DNA of 64,000 bases from an uncultured cyanobacterium (GTDB lineage: Bacteria; Cyanobacteriota; Cyanobacteriia; Cyanobacteriales; CAWUOF01), in assembly GCA_963744145.1 (NCBI GenBank), contig CAVUSO010000001.1:2944001-3008000 (forward strand), in the 5' to 3' direction. The notes below the pieces were generated by a model. The model was not told the DNA's origin. It was given only the letters and a program-made list of their open reading frames with translations, and searched no databases. Positions 11,026 through 22,131 of the stretch are shown piece by piece. Positions within the stretch are counted from its first letter, which is position 1; each line of letters begins with the position of its first letter. A program made the position numbers and the translations under genes.

Positions 11026-11221
11026 AAGAAATACCAGGGATGTGGGAAATTCAGACAGTCCATCCAACCAACTGTTCCTTGATTAGATAGTGGATCTGCG
11101 TGAGCATAATGATTCGCTATCTATCCTTAACACTTGGGTTGTTCGAGGATCTATTAAATTTTATGACAAAATCCGCGATCGCACACCATCAATTTAGAGC
11201 CTGTATAATAACCATAAAGAA

Positions 11222-11410
11222 AGGGCGGGTTGATCAAGGTGAACGGTAATCAACAAAATTGATCGTTGAATCCGCCCCGACAAATTTAATTAAATTTTAA
11301 TTCAATATTTGACGCTAAATTTCATTGCATATTTTCCAAGAATTGTAGGGGCGGGTTCACCGAAATTTTTGATATTTACCAATCAATAATAAAAACCCGC
11401 CCACCCCCAC
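11222..11410. repeat. Two GTAG-type REP-like inverted repeat pairs
   Basis: agggcgggttga...tgaatccgccccgac and tgtaggggcgggttca...aaacccgccc. Confidence 0.55.
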
Positions 11411-11569
11411 AGATCAATCACAAATTAATTACATTTAATGATTCACACCAGGAGAACAGATTAATCTAGATTAATGATCATAAAATAGCGATCGCCTCTA
11501 TTAAGACGGCTAGATCATGGCGATCAAATTATTTTATATAGTTAATCTATTTGATTCATAAATGGCCGA

Positions 11570-11688
11570 GGGCAAAGCATTCCGGTCATAGCTTTCTGCC
11601 CTTCGACTACGCCCTTCGACTACGCTCAGGGAACGCTCAGGGCAAGCATTTAGACCATCATTGATCTGCCGGAATGCTTTGCCCCTAC
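11570..11688. repeat. REP doublet enclosing nested CCTTCGACTACGCTCAGGG repeats
   Basis: 16-bp perfect inverted repeat gggcaaagcattccgg (11570-11585) / ccggaatgctttgccc (11669-11684) followed by ctac; nested repeat at 11598-11647. Confidence 0.7.
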
Positions 11689-11880
11689 GAATCCGGACAA
11701 AATTCTGGCTTAAAATTGTACTGAACCCAAGCAAATATTTGTGAAGAAAAAGTAATTTATGTCTATGCTTTATAAAAGTTGCGATCGCCATCGTGTCTGG
11801 TATGTAATAGCGATTTAATTGCTCATCAAAATCATGCTCCCCTCGCCTTGTAGGAGAGGGGTTGGGGTAGAGGTCAAAAA

Positions 11881-12798
11881 TCAAATCACATGATCAGGAG
11901 CTAAAGCACAAGGATGATGAGGATCACCTGTTTCTATTTGCAAAGTTGAGTGATCAATATCAAATCGATCATGCAATTCATGACATACCTTAGCTAAAAA
12001 AGCATCACCAGGGCTACCATTTGGGATAACTAAATGAGCAGTGAGAGCAGTTTCCGTGGTACTCATCCCCCAGATATGCAAATCGTGAACTTCCTCAACC
12101 CCAGGTAGCTCACTTAAATAAGTACGAACTGCTCTTAGTTCTATTCCTATCGGTACACCATCAACCGCAAGATGAAAAGCATCAAGCAAAAGTTGCCAGG
12201 TACTAATTACCACAAAAACAACAATTACTAAACTAATTGCTGGATCAAACCACAGCCAATGAGTCACCAGAATAGCGATTCCCGCTAAAACCACACCAAA
12301 AGATATTAAAGCATCTCCTGCCATGTGCAGAAAAGCACTGCGAATATTTAAGTCCCGGTCTTTACCAGAGACAAACATCAGGGCTGTAATCGTATTAATG
12401 ATAATACCAACCACAGCCACTGCAATGACGATCCCACCAGGTACGGGTTGGGGATCACTAAAACTCCGAATTGCTTCCCAACCGATTCCACCTAAAGCTA
12501 ACAATAAAAATATCCCATTGAGCAAAGCTGCTAAAATTGAGGAACGACGCATTCCATAAGTATAACGTTGAGTAGGACGCCGACGTGACAGGATGCTCGC
12601 TGTCCACGCAAGTAATAAACCCAGAATATCACTAAGATTATGACCCGCATCCGCTAACAGTGCCAAAGAGTGGATCAAAAAACCATAAACAGTTTCCAGA
12701 ATGACAAATCCGACATTCAAAACCATACCAACTATAAAAGCACGGTTATAATTAGCTGGTTCGTGATCATGTCCGTGATGGTGGTGATGAGAAGACAT
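11881..12798 (-). CDS. Cation diffusion facilitator (Zn/Co/Cd efflux, CzcD-like)
   Basis: His-rich N-terminus, ADAGHNLSD, AFLHMAGD, VHDLHIW, HSTLQIE motifs. Confidence 0.92.
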   Translation of the reverse strand: MSSHHHHHGHDHEPANYNRAFIVGMVLNVGFVILETVYGFLIHSLALLADAGHNLSDILGLLLAWTASILSRRRPTQRYTYGMRRSSILAALLNGIFLLLALGGIGWEAIRSFSDPQPVPGGIVIAVAVVGIIINTITALMFVSGKDRDLNIRSAFLHMAGDALISFGVVLAGIAILVTHWLWFDPAISLVIVVFVVISTWQLLLDAFHLAVDGVPIGIELRAVRTYLSELPGVEEVHDLHIWGMSTTETALTAHLVIPNGSPGDAFLAKVCHELHDRFDIDHSTLQIETGDPHHPCALAPDHVI

Positions 12799-12889
12799 AA
12801 AATTAAAGAAAAATGAAAAAAATAACTAAAATGTTAGTCTAACATAAACAATATCATGTTCCTGAACATCGGGTTTAATTAAATCTCTG

Positions 12890-14773
12890 ATGCAAAAATT
12901 AGCTGTTTTCTTTGGCTGGATTAACGGAATTGGGATCAGTCTCGCGATCGCTAATCATGCTGGGGCAGAACCAATTATGAGTGATGGCACTTTATCGACC
13001 AAAGTGACATCTGCGGATCATCTAAACTTTACCATTAGCAATGGTAATCAAGTCGGGAATAATTTATTTCACAGCTTTAGCCAATTTTCCATTCCTACTG
13101 GTGGTTCGGTTATTTTTAATAATCTCCCCAATATTGAAAATGTAATTAGTCGAGTCACTGGTAACTCCATTTCTCAAATCGATGGCTTAATCCGTAACAA
13201 CACGAATGCTAATCTATTTTTAATTAATCCTAATGGAATTATTTTTGGTCCAAATGCTAGTTTAAATATCAATGGCTCCTTGATCGTTTCTACCGCTAAT
13301 GGGATCAAGTTTGCAGATGGGAGTGAATTCAAAACAACCATAGTTAATCCAGCTCCCTTACTAACCATGAGTATTCCGATCGGACTCCAATATACCAGTA
13401 GAGGAGCAACCATAGCAGTGCAAGGAGCTAAGTTAGCAGTTAATTCGGGTAAGAGCTTAATTTTAGTTGGTGGTGCTCAAACCTTTCAAGGTGCAAACTT
13501 GAGCGCACCACAAGGAATAATAGAACTTGGTAGTATTGCTAGTGCTGGTTTGGTTAGCTTAAATCCAACTGGAACAACTTGGAACTTAAGTTATGAAAAT
13601 ATTCCAGATTTTGGTAATATTGACATTGGTCAGGGAACGTTTATTAATACCAGTGGTAATGGTGGTGGAAGTGTCCAAATTCAATCCCGATCGCTAAGAC
13701 TAAGTGGAGGTTCTCGAATTACTAATTTTACTTTAGGAACCCAAGCAGGAGGAAATATTACCATAAATGCTGCTGATACGGTAGAAATAGATGGAACAGG
13801 AACCTATCCCAAAGACTTCCTGAATTTTTTATCGGGAACAGTAACACCAACTAATATTTCCAACGGATTACTTAATCTAACTTTCAATTCTGGTGCAGCC
13901 GGAGATATAAATATTAATACTGCCAATTTTCTTGCCAATAATGGAGCATTTGTAGCAACTTCTACTTTAGGAGCAGGTAAAGGGGGAAATATTACCCTGA
14001 ATGCTAATAATCGGTTCAACCTAAATTCTTCCGCTTTAATTACTGGGGCTATTAATCAAGGAGATGCAGGAAATGCTGGGAATATTAAGATTAAAGCTGG
14101 TTCAGTCCAGCTCAACAATTATGGCAAAATAGCAGGTAGAAATATTCAGATTTACGGTGAATTTTTGCAATTAAATAATAACAGTCTGATCTCCGCAGAA
14201 GCTGGTAATCTGAATATAAATACAACTACATTTGTGGCTTTACAAGATAGTAATATTAGTGCTAATAATTTTTTAGGTATGGGTGGAAATATCGACATCA
14301 ATACCCAAGGTTATTTTGTTGCTCTAGATAGTGGTGTTAATGCTAGTTCTCAGTTAGGGATTAGTGGTGCAGTTAAGATAAATACATCATTTATAGACCG
14401 TAATAAAGCATTTACAATTATTCCAAAACGAGCATTTAATAGTGAAAAATTGGTAGTTCGAGATTGTGTCATAGGTAGCAAACCAAACATTAGTAAGTTA
14501 ATCCTCAGTGGAAGAGGTGGATTACCTCTTAACCCGGAAGGAATACTCACTAATGATTTGGTGTTGACCGACTTAAATCCAGTACCAGTTCAGAGTGAAA
14601 GTAAATCAGCTCAAACTTCTTCTCCACCCCAAATTCAGTTATCTGATCATTCTTTAGTAGAAGCACAAGGATGGAGCATTAATGCTGAGGGTAAAGTTAT
14701 CCTGACAACTACTCCACCGAATATTACGCTAGAAAGTTCTGGATTTGCACCCCCAGGTTGCCAACCACTTTAA
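12890..14773 (+). CDS. Filamentous haemagglutinin N-terminal (TPS) domain protein
   Basis: Signal peptide, NLFHSFSQFSI, NPNGIIFG, G-x-G-G-N-I beta-helix repeats, GRGGLP and EAQGW C-terminal motifs. Confidence 0.88.
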   Translation: MQKLAVFFGWINGIGISLAIANHAGAEPIMSDGTLSTKVTSADHLNFTISNGNQVGNNLFHSFSQFSIPTGGSVIFNNLPNIENVISRVTGNSISQIDGLIRNNTNANLFLINPNGIIFGPNASLNINGSLIVSTANGIKFADGSEFKTTIVNPAPLLTMSIPIGLQYTSRGATIAVQGAKLAVNSGKSLILVGGAQTFQGANLSAPQGIIELGSIASAGLVSLNPTGTTWNLSYENIPDFGNIDIGQGTFINTSGNGGGSVQIQSRSLRLSGGSRITNFTLGTQAGGNITINAADTVEIDGTGTYPKDFLNFLSGTVTPTNISNGLLNLTFNSGAAGDININTANFLANNGAFVATSTLGAGKGGNITLNANNRFNLNSSALITGAINQGDAGNAGNIKIKAGSVQLNNYGKIAGRNIQIYGEFLQLNNNSLISAEAGNLNINTTTFVALQDSNISANNFLGMGGNIDINTQGYFVALDSGVNASSQLGISGAVKINTSFIDRNKAFTIIPKRAFNSEKLVVRDCVIGSKPNISKLILSGRGGLPLNPEGILTNDLVLTDLNPVPVQSESKSAQTSSPPQIQLSDHSLVEAQGWSINAEGKVILTTTPPNITLESSGFAPPGCQPL

Positions 14774-14787
14774 AAGTAGCTCATGAT

Positions 14788-17403
14788 ATGAAATCTAAAT
14801 GGTTGAATAAAACTTATGATCACGCGATCGCTTTCCTCCTCTGGATCTGTCTCGGTCTAATTTTAACCCTATTTTGTTTAAATCAAAAAATCCTACCAGT
14901 TATTGCTCAAACTTCTTTAATGGTTCAGACTGAAATTGAGCCAAGTCAAATCGAACCACAAGCTGATCAATTATACAGTTCTGGACAGTTTAATCAAGCT
15001 ATCAAGATTTGGCAACAAGTTTTTCAGCTTTACCAAACTAGAAAAGATATCTTAAATCAAGCAAGAGTCTTGAATAATCTCTCCCTAGCTTATCAACAGC
15101 TCGGACAATGGTCTTTAGCTAAAGATGCGATCGCCCAAAGTTTGGAATTATTACAAACATCCCATCTCAGTAATTCTCAAGCACAATTGGATATTCAAGC
15201 TCAAGCTTTAAATAATCAAGGTAGTTTATTGATGGCGATCGGTCAAACTGAATCAGCATTTTTAGTATGGCAGCAAACTACTACGATCTACACTAAAGCT
15301 GGAGATGATCATGGCAAAATTCGGAGTTTAATTAACCAATCCCAAGCTTTAAAAGCTTTAGGAATGTATCAGCGATCGCTAACTGTGATTAATGAAGCTA
15401 AACAATTACTTGACCAACAACCAGATACTCTTCTCAAAGTAGTAGGATTAAATAGTCTGGGTAATACCTGGCGTCTCATTGGAGATTTTCAGCAATCTCA
15501 ACAAATATTACAGCAAAGTTTAAGGATAGCAGAACAACTCAAATCGAGCCAAGAATTAGCATTAGTATTATTGAGTTTAGGTAATACAAATCGCAGTCAA
15601 CAAAATTATCAATTAGCTTTAGATTTTTATCAACGAGCAGCCAGCATTTCCCCAGATAAAATTACACAAATCCAAGCTCAATTAAATCAACTTAGTCTCT
15701 TGGTGGAAACTCAACAATGGTTAGATGCTAACTTATTATGGCCGCAAATTCAACCCCAAATTGGTAATTTACCTCCGAGTCAAGCAGGGATTTATGCTCA
15801 AATTAACTTTGCTCGTAGTTTAATCAAACTAAAACAAGCGGTTAAGATTGATCTCGATTGGTCAATAATTGCCCAGATCGTAGCTGAAAGTCTCCAACAA
15901 GCTAAAAGTTTGGGAGATGAGCGATCGCAATCTTATGCTCTGGGGATTTTAGCTGAGGTATATACCCAAACCCAGCAATGGTCGATCGCCCAAGATTTAA
16001 CTCAGCAAGCATTATTATTAGCTCAATCTATAAATGCTACAGATATTGCTTATCGGTGGCAATGGCAATTAGGAAAATTGTTAAAAACCCAAGGATATCT
16101 GCAAGAAGCGCTCAGTGCTTATCATCAAGCAGTCAATACTCTCAAATCATTACGGAGCGATTTAGCTACTACTAATCAAGATATTCAGTTTTCTTTTAAA
16201 GAAAGTGTCGAACCTGTATATCGAGAATTTGTGAGTTTACTTTTACAACCTTCCTTAAGACCTACTCAACAAAACCTGCTCCAAGCTCGTAACCTGCTGG
16301 AATCATTGCAACTAGCTGAACTAGATAACTTTTTTCAAGCATCCTGTTTAGAAACCAAAACAGTTCAGATTGAGCAGGTAGATCCACAAACAGCAGTAAT
16401 TTATCCGATTATCTTAGCCGATCGATTAGAATTAATTGTCAGTTTACCAAACCAGCCGCTCCATCACTATACAACCGTTTTACCTCAAATAGAAATAGAC
16501 AATGTAGTCGAAAAATTCCGTCGAGATTTAATCATACCTAGCCATCGTGGTATCAGCCATTTTTCTCAGCAATTATATAACTGGTTGATTCGTCCGATCG
16601 AACCTGACTTCGCTAATAGTGATATTAAAACTTTAGTATTTGTTTTAGATGGGGTACTACGAAATATTCCGATGGCAGCTTTGCATGATGGGAAACAATA
16701 TCTGATTGAAAAATATAGTATTGCTTTGGCACCTGGGTTACAATTAATCGATCCTAAAAAATTACCACGAAACCATCTCCGGGTACTTATTGCTGGACTA
16801 ACTCAAGCTCGTTCTGGTTTTCCAGCTTTAGAAAATGTAGCACAGGAACTAAAAGCAATCAAGTCGAAAATTCCCACCAGTAAAGTTTTACTAGATCAGG
16901 ATTTTACGAGCGCAAACTTGCAATCAGAAATAAAATCTAACTTTTTCCCGATCGTCCATATAGCTACCCACGGTCAATTTAGCTCAATCGCAGCAGAGAC
17001 TTTTATTTTAGCTTGGGATCATCGGATTGGGGTGGAACAGTTGGATCAGTTGTTACAATTGGGTGAAAAAGATCAACAACAAGCGATCGAATTACTAGTC
17101 TTGAGTGCTTGTGAAACCGCCACAGGGGACAAACGAGCTGCGTTGGGGATTGCGGGTATGGCTATTCGTTCTGGAGCTCGCAGTACATTAGCCACACTCT
17201 GGGCTATCAGTGATGAAGCTACCTTGAAACTAATGGATAATTTTTACCAACAGTTAACTAAAACTAAAGATAATAGTCAACTAGATGCTCATCTCACCAA
17301 AGCTGAAGCATTGCGTCGGGCACAATTATCCCTACTACACAATCCCCGATATCAACATCCGATTTATTGGGCACCTTTTATTTTAGTTGGTAATTGGCTT
17401 TAA
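14788..17403 (+). CDS. TPR + CHAT (caspase-like) domain protein
   Basis: TPR helices; intact HIATHG and LSACET catalytic motifs; HPIYWAPFILVGNW ending. Confidence 0.92.
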   Translation: MKSKWLNKTYDHAIAFLLWICLGLILTLFCLNQKILPVIAQTSLMVQTEIEPSQIEPQADQLYSSGQFNQAIKIWQQVFQLYQTRKDILNQARVLNNLSLAYQQLGQWSLAKDAIAQSLELLQTSHLSNSQAQLDIQAQALNNQGSLLMAIGQTESAFLVWQQTTTIYTKAGDDHGKIRSLINQSQALKALGMYQRSLTVINEAKQLLDQQPDTLLKVVGLNSLGNTWRLIGDFQQSQQILQQSLRIAEQLKSSQELALVLLSLGNTNRSQQNYQLALDFYQRAASISPDKITQIQAQLNQLSLLVETQQWLDANLLWPQIQPQIGNLPPSQAGIYAQINFARSLIKLKQAVKIDLDWSIIAQIVAESLQQAKSLGDERSQSYALGILAEVYTQTQQWSIAQDLTQQALLLAQSINATDIAYRWQWQLGKLLKTQGYLQEALSAYHQAVNTLKSLRSDLATTNQDIQFSFKESVEPVYREFVSLLLQPSLRPTQQNLLQARNLLESLQLAELDNFFQASCLETKTVQIEQVDPQTAVIYPIILADRLELIVSLPNQPLHHYTTVLPQIEIDNVVEKFRRDLIIPSHRGISHFSQQLYNWLIRPIEPDFANSDIKTLVFVLDGVLRNIPMAALHDGKQYLIEKYSIALAPGLQLIDPKKLPRNHLRVLIAGLTQARSGFPALENVAQELKAIKSKIPTSKVLLDQDFTSANLQSEIKSNFFPIVHIATHGQFSSIAAETFILAWDHRIGVEQLDQLLQLGEKDQQQAIELLVLSACETATGDKRAALGIAGMAIRSGARSTLATLWAISDEATLKLMDNFYQQLTKTKDNSQLDAHLTKAEALRRAQLSLLHNPRYQHPIYWAPFILVGNWL

Positions 17404-17426
17404 AATCAGCGATCGGCAAAAAAAAA

Positions 17427-19721
17427 TCAATTAGATTGATGTTGAAACTCTTTGGTCAACAATAGTTGCACATCTTCAGGATTGAGAGGTTTAGAAAAAA
17501 AGTATCCTTGCCCCTGTCCATTTATACAGCCCATTTCCCGCAATTTTTGGAGTTGAACATCGGTTTCTACTCCTTCGGCAACTATATATATCCCTAAATT
17601 TTGAGCTAGCGCGACGATCGTTTTGATAATTTCTAAATTTTCTCCAGTAGTATCAATTTTCCTAATAAAAGAAGTATCAATTTTCAAAGCATCAAAGGGA
17701 AAACGATGGATGAAACTAAGCGATGAATATCCCGTGCCAAAATCATCTATATAAAGCTGAATACCGAGATTTTTTAACTGGATAATTGTCTGAGCCGCCG
17801 ATTCGATATTTTCCATGATTGCGCTTTCCGTAATTTCCAATTTCAAACTTTGCGGATTAAGTTTAGTTTCCGCCAAAATTTTGATAATTTCTGGGATTAA
17901 ATCTGCTTGAAAAAACTGTTTGCTAGAAAGATTGACATTAATGCTTAAGGGGGAACTAAATGGAAATAATTCTTGCCATCTATACATTTGACGACAAGCT
18001 TCGTGCATGATCCAGTAACCCAGAGGAACAATTAATCCGGTTTCTTCCGCAAAGGGAATAAATTCGGTTGGTGAAACATTACCTCGATGAGAATGTTGCC
18101 AGCGAATTAGGGCTTCAAATCCAGTAATTGCACCAGTTGCTAAAGAGACTATGGGCTGATATTCAAGTTGAAATTCGCTATTATTGATCGCTCTTTGTAA
18201 GTCATTTTTAAGCTGCAAAACTGTGACTGCTTGAAAATTCATTGATGGATCGAAAACTTGGTAACAAGCTTTACCAAGCGATTTAGCCCGATACATGGCT
18301 ATATCTGCATCTCTGAGAATTTCCTCGGGTTTTTTATAATCACCTGTACTCAAAACTATGCCAATACTAACAGAAGTTAATAATTCGTGATTGTTAATGT
18401 GAAAAGGTGATTGTAATTGAGCTTGAATTCGGTCAGCCACAAGCGTAGTGTCACTGACATAATTGATATCTTCCAGCAAAATGGCAAACTCATCTCCACC
18501 TAAACGGGCTAGGGTATCTCCAGAACGTAAACAAGGTATCAATCTTTGCACAACTTCGATCAATAGTTGATCTCCTGTTTGGTGTCCGAATTTGTCATTG
18601 ATACTTTTAAATCGATCTAGGTCAAGAAATAAAACGGCAAATAAATAATTTTGTCGTCGTTTCGTGAGCTGAAAAGCGTGTTTGAGCCGATCCATAAACA
18701 AGGCTCGATTTGATAATCCCGTGAGACAATCATGAAAAGCATCATGCAGTAATTGTTCTTCGGCTACTTTATATTTAGTAATGTCTGTATTGGCACCAGC
18801 TAAATGATGAATTTGCTGGTTTTTATCGCGGAATGCTTGACCTCTACTCATGATCCAGCGATAGGTTCCGTCTTTGTGTAATAGACGATATTCAATTTCT
18901 AAATAAGGGGTAATTTGGTTGAAATGATTGCCAATTTCGGCCTGAAGTCGGCTCAGATCTTCCGGATGAACTCGACTTAACCATTCTACTAGGCTATTGC
19001 CGATTTCTGCTGCTGTGTAGCCTAGCATGGTTTTCCAACGCTCGGAAAAATAAATGGTATTGGTTTGCAGATCCCAATCCCACAGCCCATCTTGATTAGC
19101 GATCGCTAGTCGGGCATAATTTTCTGCATCCTGAACGCTATTGCTGTCTGGATGTATTTCTAAGGAACTATCGGTATTTGATAAATGAACTGCCATATTT
19201 CCTGCTGCTACCATCGTAGCTGTGCGATTCAGCTTGGCTAAACCTTGTAATACAGCCCAATAGAAGATCAATGCGATCACACCAATATAGATTAGTTGAC
19301 CCGATTGTGGTGTAACCGCTGTGTTTTGAGTCAGTAGGATGGGGGTAGGTAAAGGGAATTTTAAGCTTTTATTAAGGTATTGAGGTAATGGGGATGTAAC
19401 CGGAAATTGAGCTGGGACTAGGTAAGGGACATGGGAGAGGTCGCTAGGATATAAATAATTATAGTCATGATCGAGCTTGGCAATGCCTTTGCTTTCACTG
19501 AGTGTAGATAGGGTAGCAGTAAACGCTATAATGATCATACCCAGTTTCACTGCCTCTGACAACCCCTGTTTGCCTAGGTTTTGCTGGCGATCGCCATTGC
19601 CTATTCGGGATCTGCTCAGAAAAGATAAATTCAGTATTAGCTGTTCTTTGATCAGTTGTCTTTTCCATAGTGAAAGCATTTTTTCTGCTTTGCTATTAAT
19701 CTGTTTTATCATCTCTTTCAT
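17427..19721 (-). CDS. Membrane PAS-GGDEF-EAL c-di-GMP enzyme
   Basis: DGLWDW PAS, RLGGDEF, FEALIRW, DDFGTGYSS motifs; start uncertain. Confidence 0.9.
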   Translation of the reverse strand: MKEMIKQINSKAEKMLSLWKRQLIKEQLILNLSFLSRSRIGNGDRQQNLGKQGLSEAVKLGMIIIAFTATLSTLSESKGIAKLDHDYNYLYPSDLSHVPYLVPAQFPVTSPLPQYLNKSLKFPLPTPILLTQNTAVTPQSGQLIYIGVIALIFYWAVLQGLAKLNRTATMVAAGNMAVHLSNTDSSLEIHPDSNSVQDAENYARLAIANQDGLWDWDLQTNTIYFSERWKTMLGYTAAEIGNSLVEWLSRVHPEDLSRLQAEIGNHFNQITPYLEIEYRLLHKDGTYRWIMSRGQAFRDKNQQIHHLAGANTDITKYKVAEEQLLHDAFHDCLTGLSNRALFMDRLKHAFQLTKRRQNYLFAVLFLDLDRFKSINDKFGHQTGDQLLIEVVQRLIPCLRSGDTLARLGGDEFAILLEDINYVSDTTLVADRIQAQLQSPFHINNHELLTSVSIGIVLSTGDYKKPEEILRDADIAMYRAKSLGKACYQVFDPSMNFQAVTVLQLKNDLQRAINNSEFQLEYQPIVSLATGAITGFEALIRWQHSHRGNVSPTEFIPFAEETGLIVPLGYWIMHEACRQMYRWQELFPFSSPLSINVNLSSKQFFQADLIPEIIKILAETKLNPQSLKLEITESAIMENIESAAQTIIQLKNLGIQLYIDDFGTGYSSLSFIHRFPFDALKIDTSFIRKIDTTGENLEIIKTIVALAQNLGIYIVAEGVETDVQLQKLREMGCINGQGQGYFFSKPLNPEDVQLLLTKEFQHQSN

Positions 19722-20465
19722 TGCTGTCTACCTGATGGATCTTATTTGTTGGCCATAGCTAATTGACCGGGACTGATCATATAAACATTTTTTGTTTTTA
19801 AATTTCTGAATTATTTCTGATCCTTTCCCCGATTGATTTAGTAGATGCTATGCCTATCTTTTTAAAATCTTCACAATTCTTTTTGAAATCTTTAAAATTT
19901 TACATTTAGAATTCTACCTTTTCCGGAAATGACTACTCCAATTATATCACTAGCTTTCAGGGTAGTTAAAAAATTACTCGGTCTATAAAATGCTTGCTCT
20001 GACTGGCGCCTCCGTGGCTTGATTTAATCCGTATCATTACTAACAAATATCGCTATTATTGTTCTAATTAATGCACTTTTGTCAGCAATTAGTTGTCTTT
20101 ACCTGGAAAAAATCGAATTTATTGGTTGTAGTTTTTCTTGCTCATCCGTAATTATACGGAAAAATGATTTTTGCTGATTTCGGCAAATAGTGATATTCAA
20201 GTAACCCGCGTTTCTTACCACTTTATTATCATGAATATAAGCAATTGCTAATTAAAATTTAATCAAATATTTTGCTCATTCAAAAACTTTAATTTAGATC
20301 ACCTTTAAACATTAAACTATCCTGATCAATCAAGTTATTAATCGGACTATGGTTTTTACCAGGGGATGAAGTATTTATCGATTTGTTAAGAAAGTTCAGG
20401 AGGGAGAAAATTCACGCTAATTTAAAAAAAACTAATATACCATTCGGACAATAGTGATCCCATCT

Positions 20466-20930
20466 ATGGCCATTAAAGTTGGAGATATTGCCCCTGATTT
20501 TACCTTACCCTCCCAAGGCAGGCAATCGATCAGCCTGAAAGATTTCCACGGACAAAAGTGTGTTGTGCTATATTTTTATCCTAAAGATGACACTCCTGGC
20601 TGTACAGCGGAATCCTGTGCTTTTCGAGATAGTTATCAAGCGTTTCAGGATGCTGGAGCTGAAGTGATTGGAGTGAGTGGTGATTCTCCCGAGTCCCACC
20701 AACAATTTGCGAGCAAGCATAACTTACCTTTTATCTTACTCAGTGATTCTGGTAATCAGTTACGGAAACTGTACGGTGTTCCCTCCACCTTTGGACTAAT
20801 CCCAGGTCGAGTGACCTATGTAATTGACAAAACCGGAGTAGTTAGATATATCTTCAACTCCCAGTTAAATTTTAATGGTCACGTTGAAGAATCTCTGACT
20901 TGGATTGTTAATGAACTACAAAAAAGCTAA
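20466..20930 (+). CDS. Peroxiredoxin Q / BCP
   Basis: YFYPKDDTPGCTAESC motif; ATG at 20466. Confidence 0.92.
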   Translation: MAIKVGDIAPDFTLPSQGRQSISLKDFHGQKCVVLYFYPKDDTPGCTAESCAFRDSYQAFQDAGAEVIGVSGDSPESHQQFASKHNLPFILLSDSGNQLRKLYGVPSTFGLIPGRVTYVIDKTGVVRYIFNSQLNFNGHVEESLTWIVNELQKS

Positions 20931-20983
20931 TTGTTAATTTGTTGATCAAAAATAAGTAGCGAGTTAGATCGCCCATAATAGAT

Positions 20984-21012
20984 TAGGGGCGCGTTTTGAC
21001 CTTCGCCCCTAC
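20984..21012. repeat. GTAG-type REP hairpin between convergent genes (may act as terminator)
   Basis: taggggcg...cgccccta(c) inverted repeat. Confidence 0.55.
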
Positions 21013-21035
21013 ATGAAAATTAAGTATGACTAAGC

Positions 21036-21695
21036 TTATACCTTGCCAGATTTAGATTTTTCCGGAGTGGGGTTAAGCGTTTGGGCGGTTTTGCCATTTT
21101 TACTATGGGAATTACCATTAGCTTGACGCGGTTGAATCACCCCATAGCCACCATGGTGTTTTCTTTCATAGATAACGTTAATTTCTCCAGTTTCTGCATT
21201 CTGAAACATATAAAAATCGTGATCGATTAGTTGCAGTTGCTCTTGGGCTTCTTGAATTGTCATCGGGGGCATCGCGAAATATTTGGTTCGTACTACTTCA
21301 CTTGGTAGTTCCGGGGTGCGATCGCCAATTAGATCTGCAACTATCGGGGTCTCTTCAGTCCCAATGCCATCTTTCCCTAAAGATGGGGTTTTCTTACCAT
21401 TACGTTTTTCTTTATATTTGCGGAGTTTGCGGGCAATTTTATCTGCTACCAAGTCGATACTGGCATATAAACTTTCGCTACTTTCTTCTGCCCGAATTAC
21501 CGTACCGTTCGCGTAGATAGTTACTTCTGCCGCTTGCTTAGTAGTTATTCTCGGATTGCGGGCCACTGACAAATGCACATCTACTTCCGTCGTTAAATTT
21601 TGAAAGTGACTTACCGCTTTTTCAATTTTTTGATTGACGTATTCACGAATCGCTTCAGTAATTTCAATATTTTTGCCGTGGATAACAAGCTTCAT
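21036..21695 (-). CDS. hpf: Ribosome hibernation promoting factor (long HPF, LrtA)
   Basis: [33 protein letters not shown]-like and DHDFYMF C-terminal domain. Confidence 0.95.
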   Translation of the reverse strand: MKLVIHGKNIEITEAIREYVNQKIEKAVSHFQNLTTEVDVHLSVARNPRITTKQAAEVTIYANGTVIRAEESSESLYASIDLVADKIARKLRKYKEKRNGKKTPSLGKDGIGTEETPIVADLIGDRTPELPSEVVRTKYFAMPPMTIQEAQEQLQLIDHDFYMFQNAETGEINVIYERKHHGGYGVIQPRQANGNSHSKNGKTAQTLNPTPEKSKSGKV

Positions 21696-22131
21696 ACTCA
21701 ATGTTCCCGCTGAAGACCCCACCGCAGTTGCCGACGTTTAATCAAGATAGCTCAGGAATTTTGCTTTTCCTAGTACCACTCATGATTTAGTCAAGACCAT
21801 TGTGGGTGGAAAGCGGGGCGGGGATTACCGCTTTCCTAGAACTATTAATAATTGCCCGTTTATCCCCATGATTTGCCAATAACGGTGCCTAAACTTGGCC
21901 GAGATGATGTAGTTTTGATCTAGCTATCTTAAGCTAGCTATTCAAACTTTTTCTGAGTGGAGCGGTTTCACCCGTTTCCTCTTTCTCAATTTTTAGGTTA
22001 TATATTAACCCTACCACTTTGTATTCTATAAAACATCGCCTTTTTCATTCTCTTTAAAATCTTTTGCATACCTTGACAATTCTTGATTATATTTTGGTAG
22101 CTTTTGGCTAATATCCCTCTTGATTTTCTGC

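Noticed and set aside
11534..11884. 116-aa ORF
   Set aside because: Reads through REP repeats (PERSLSVVEGRSRR is translated repeat); likely spurious
21808..21836. Hairpin ggaaagcgg/ccgctttcc upstream of hpf as a separate ncRNA
   Set aside because: More simply part of a long structured hpf/lrtA leader; no independent evidence
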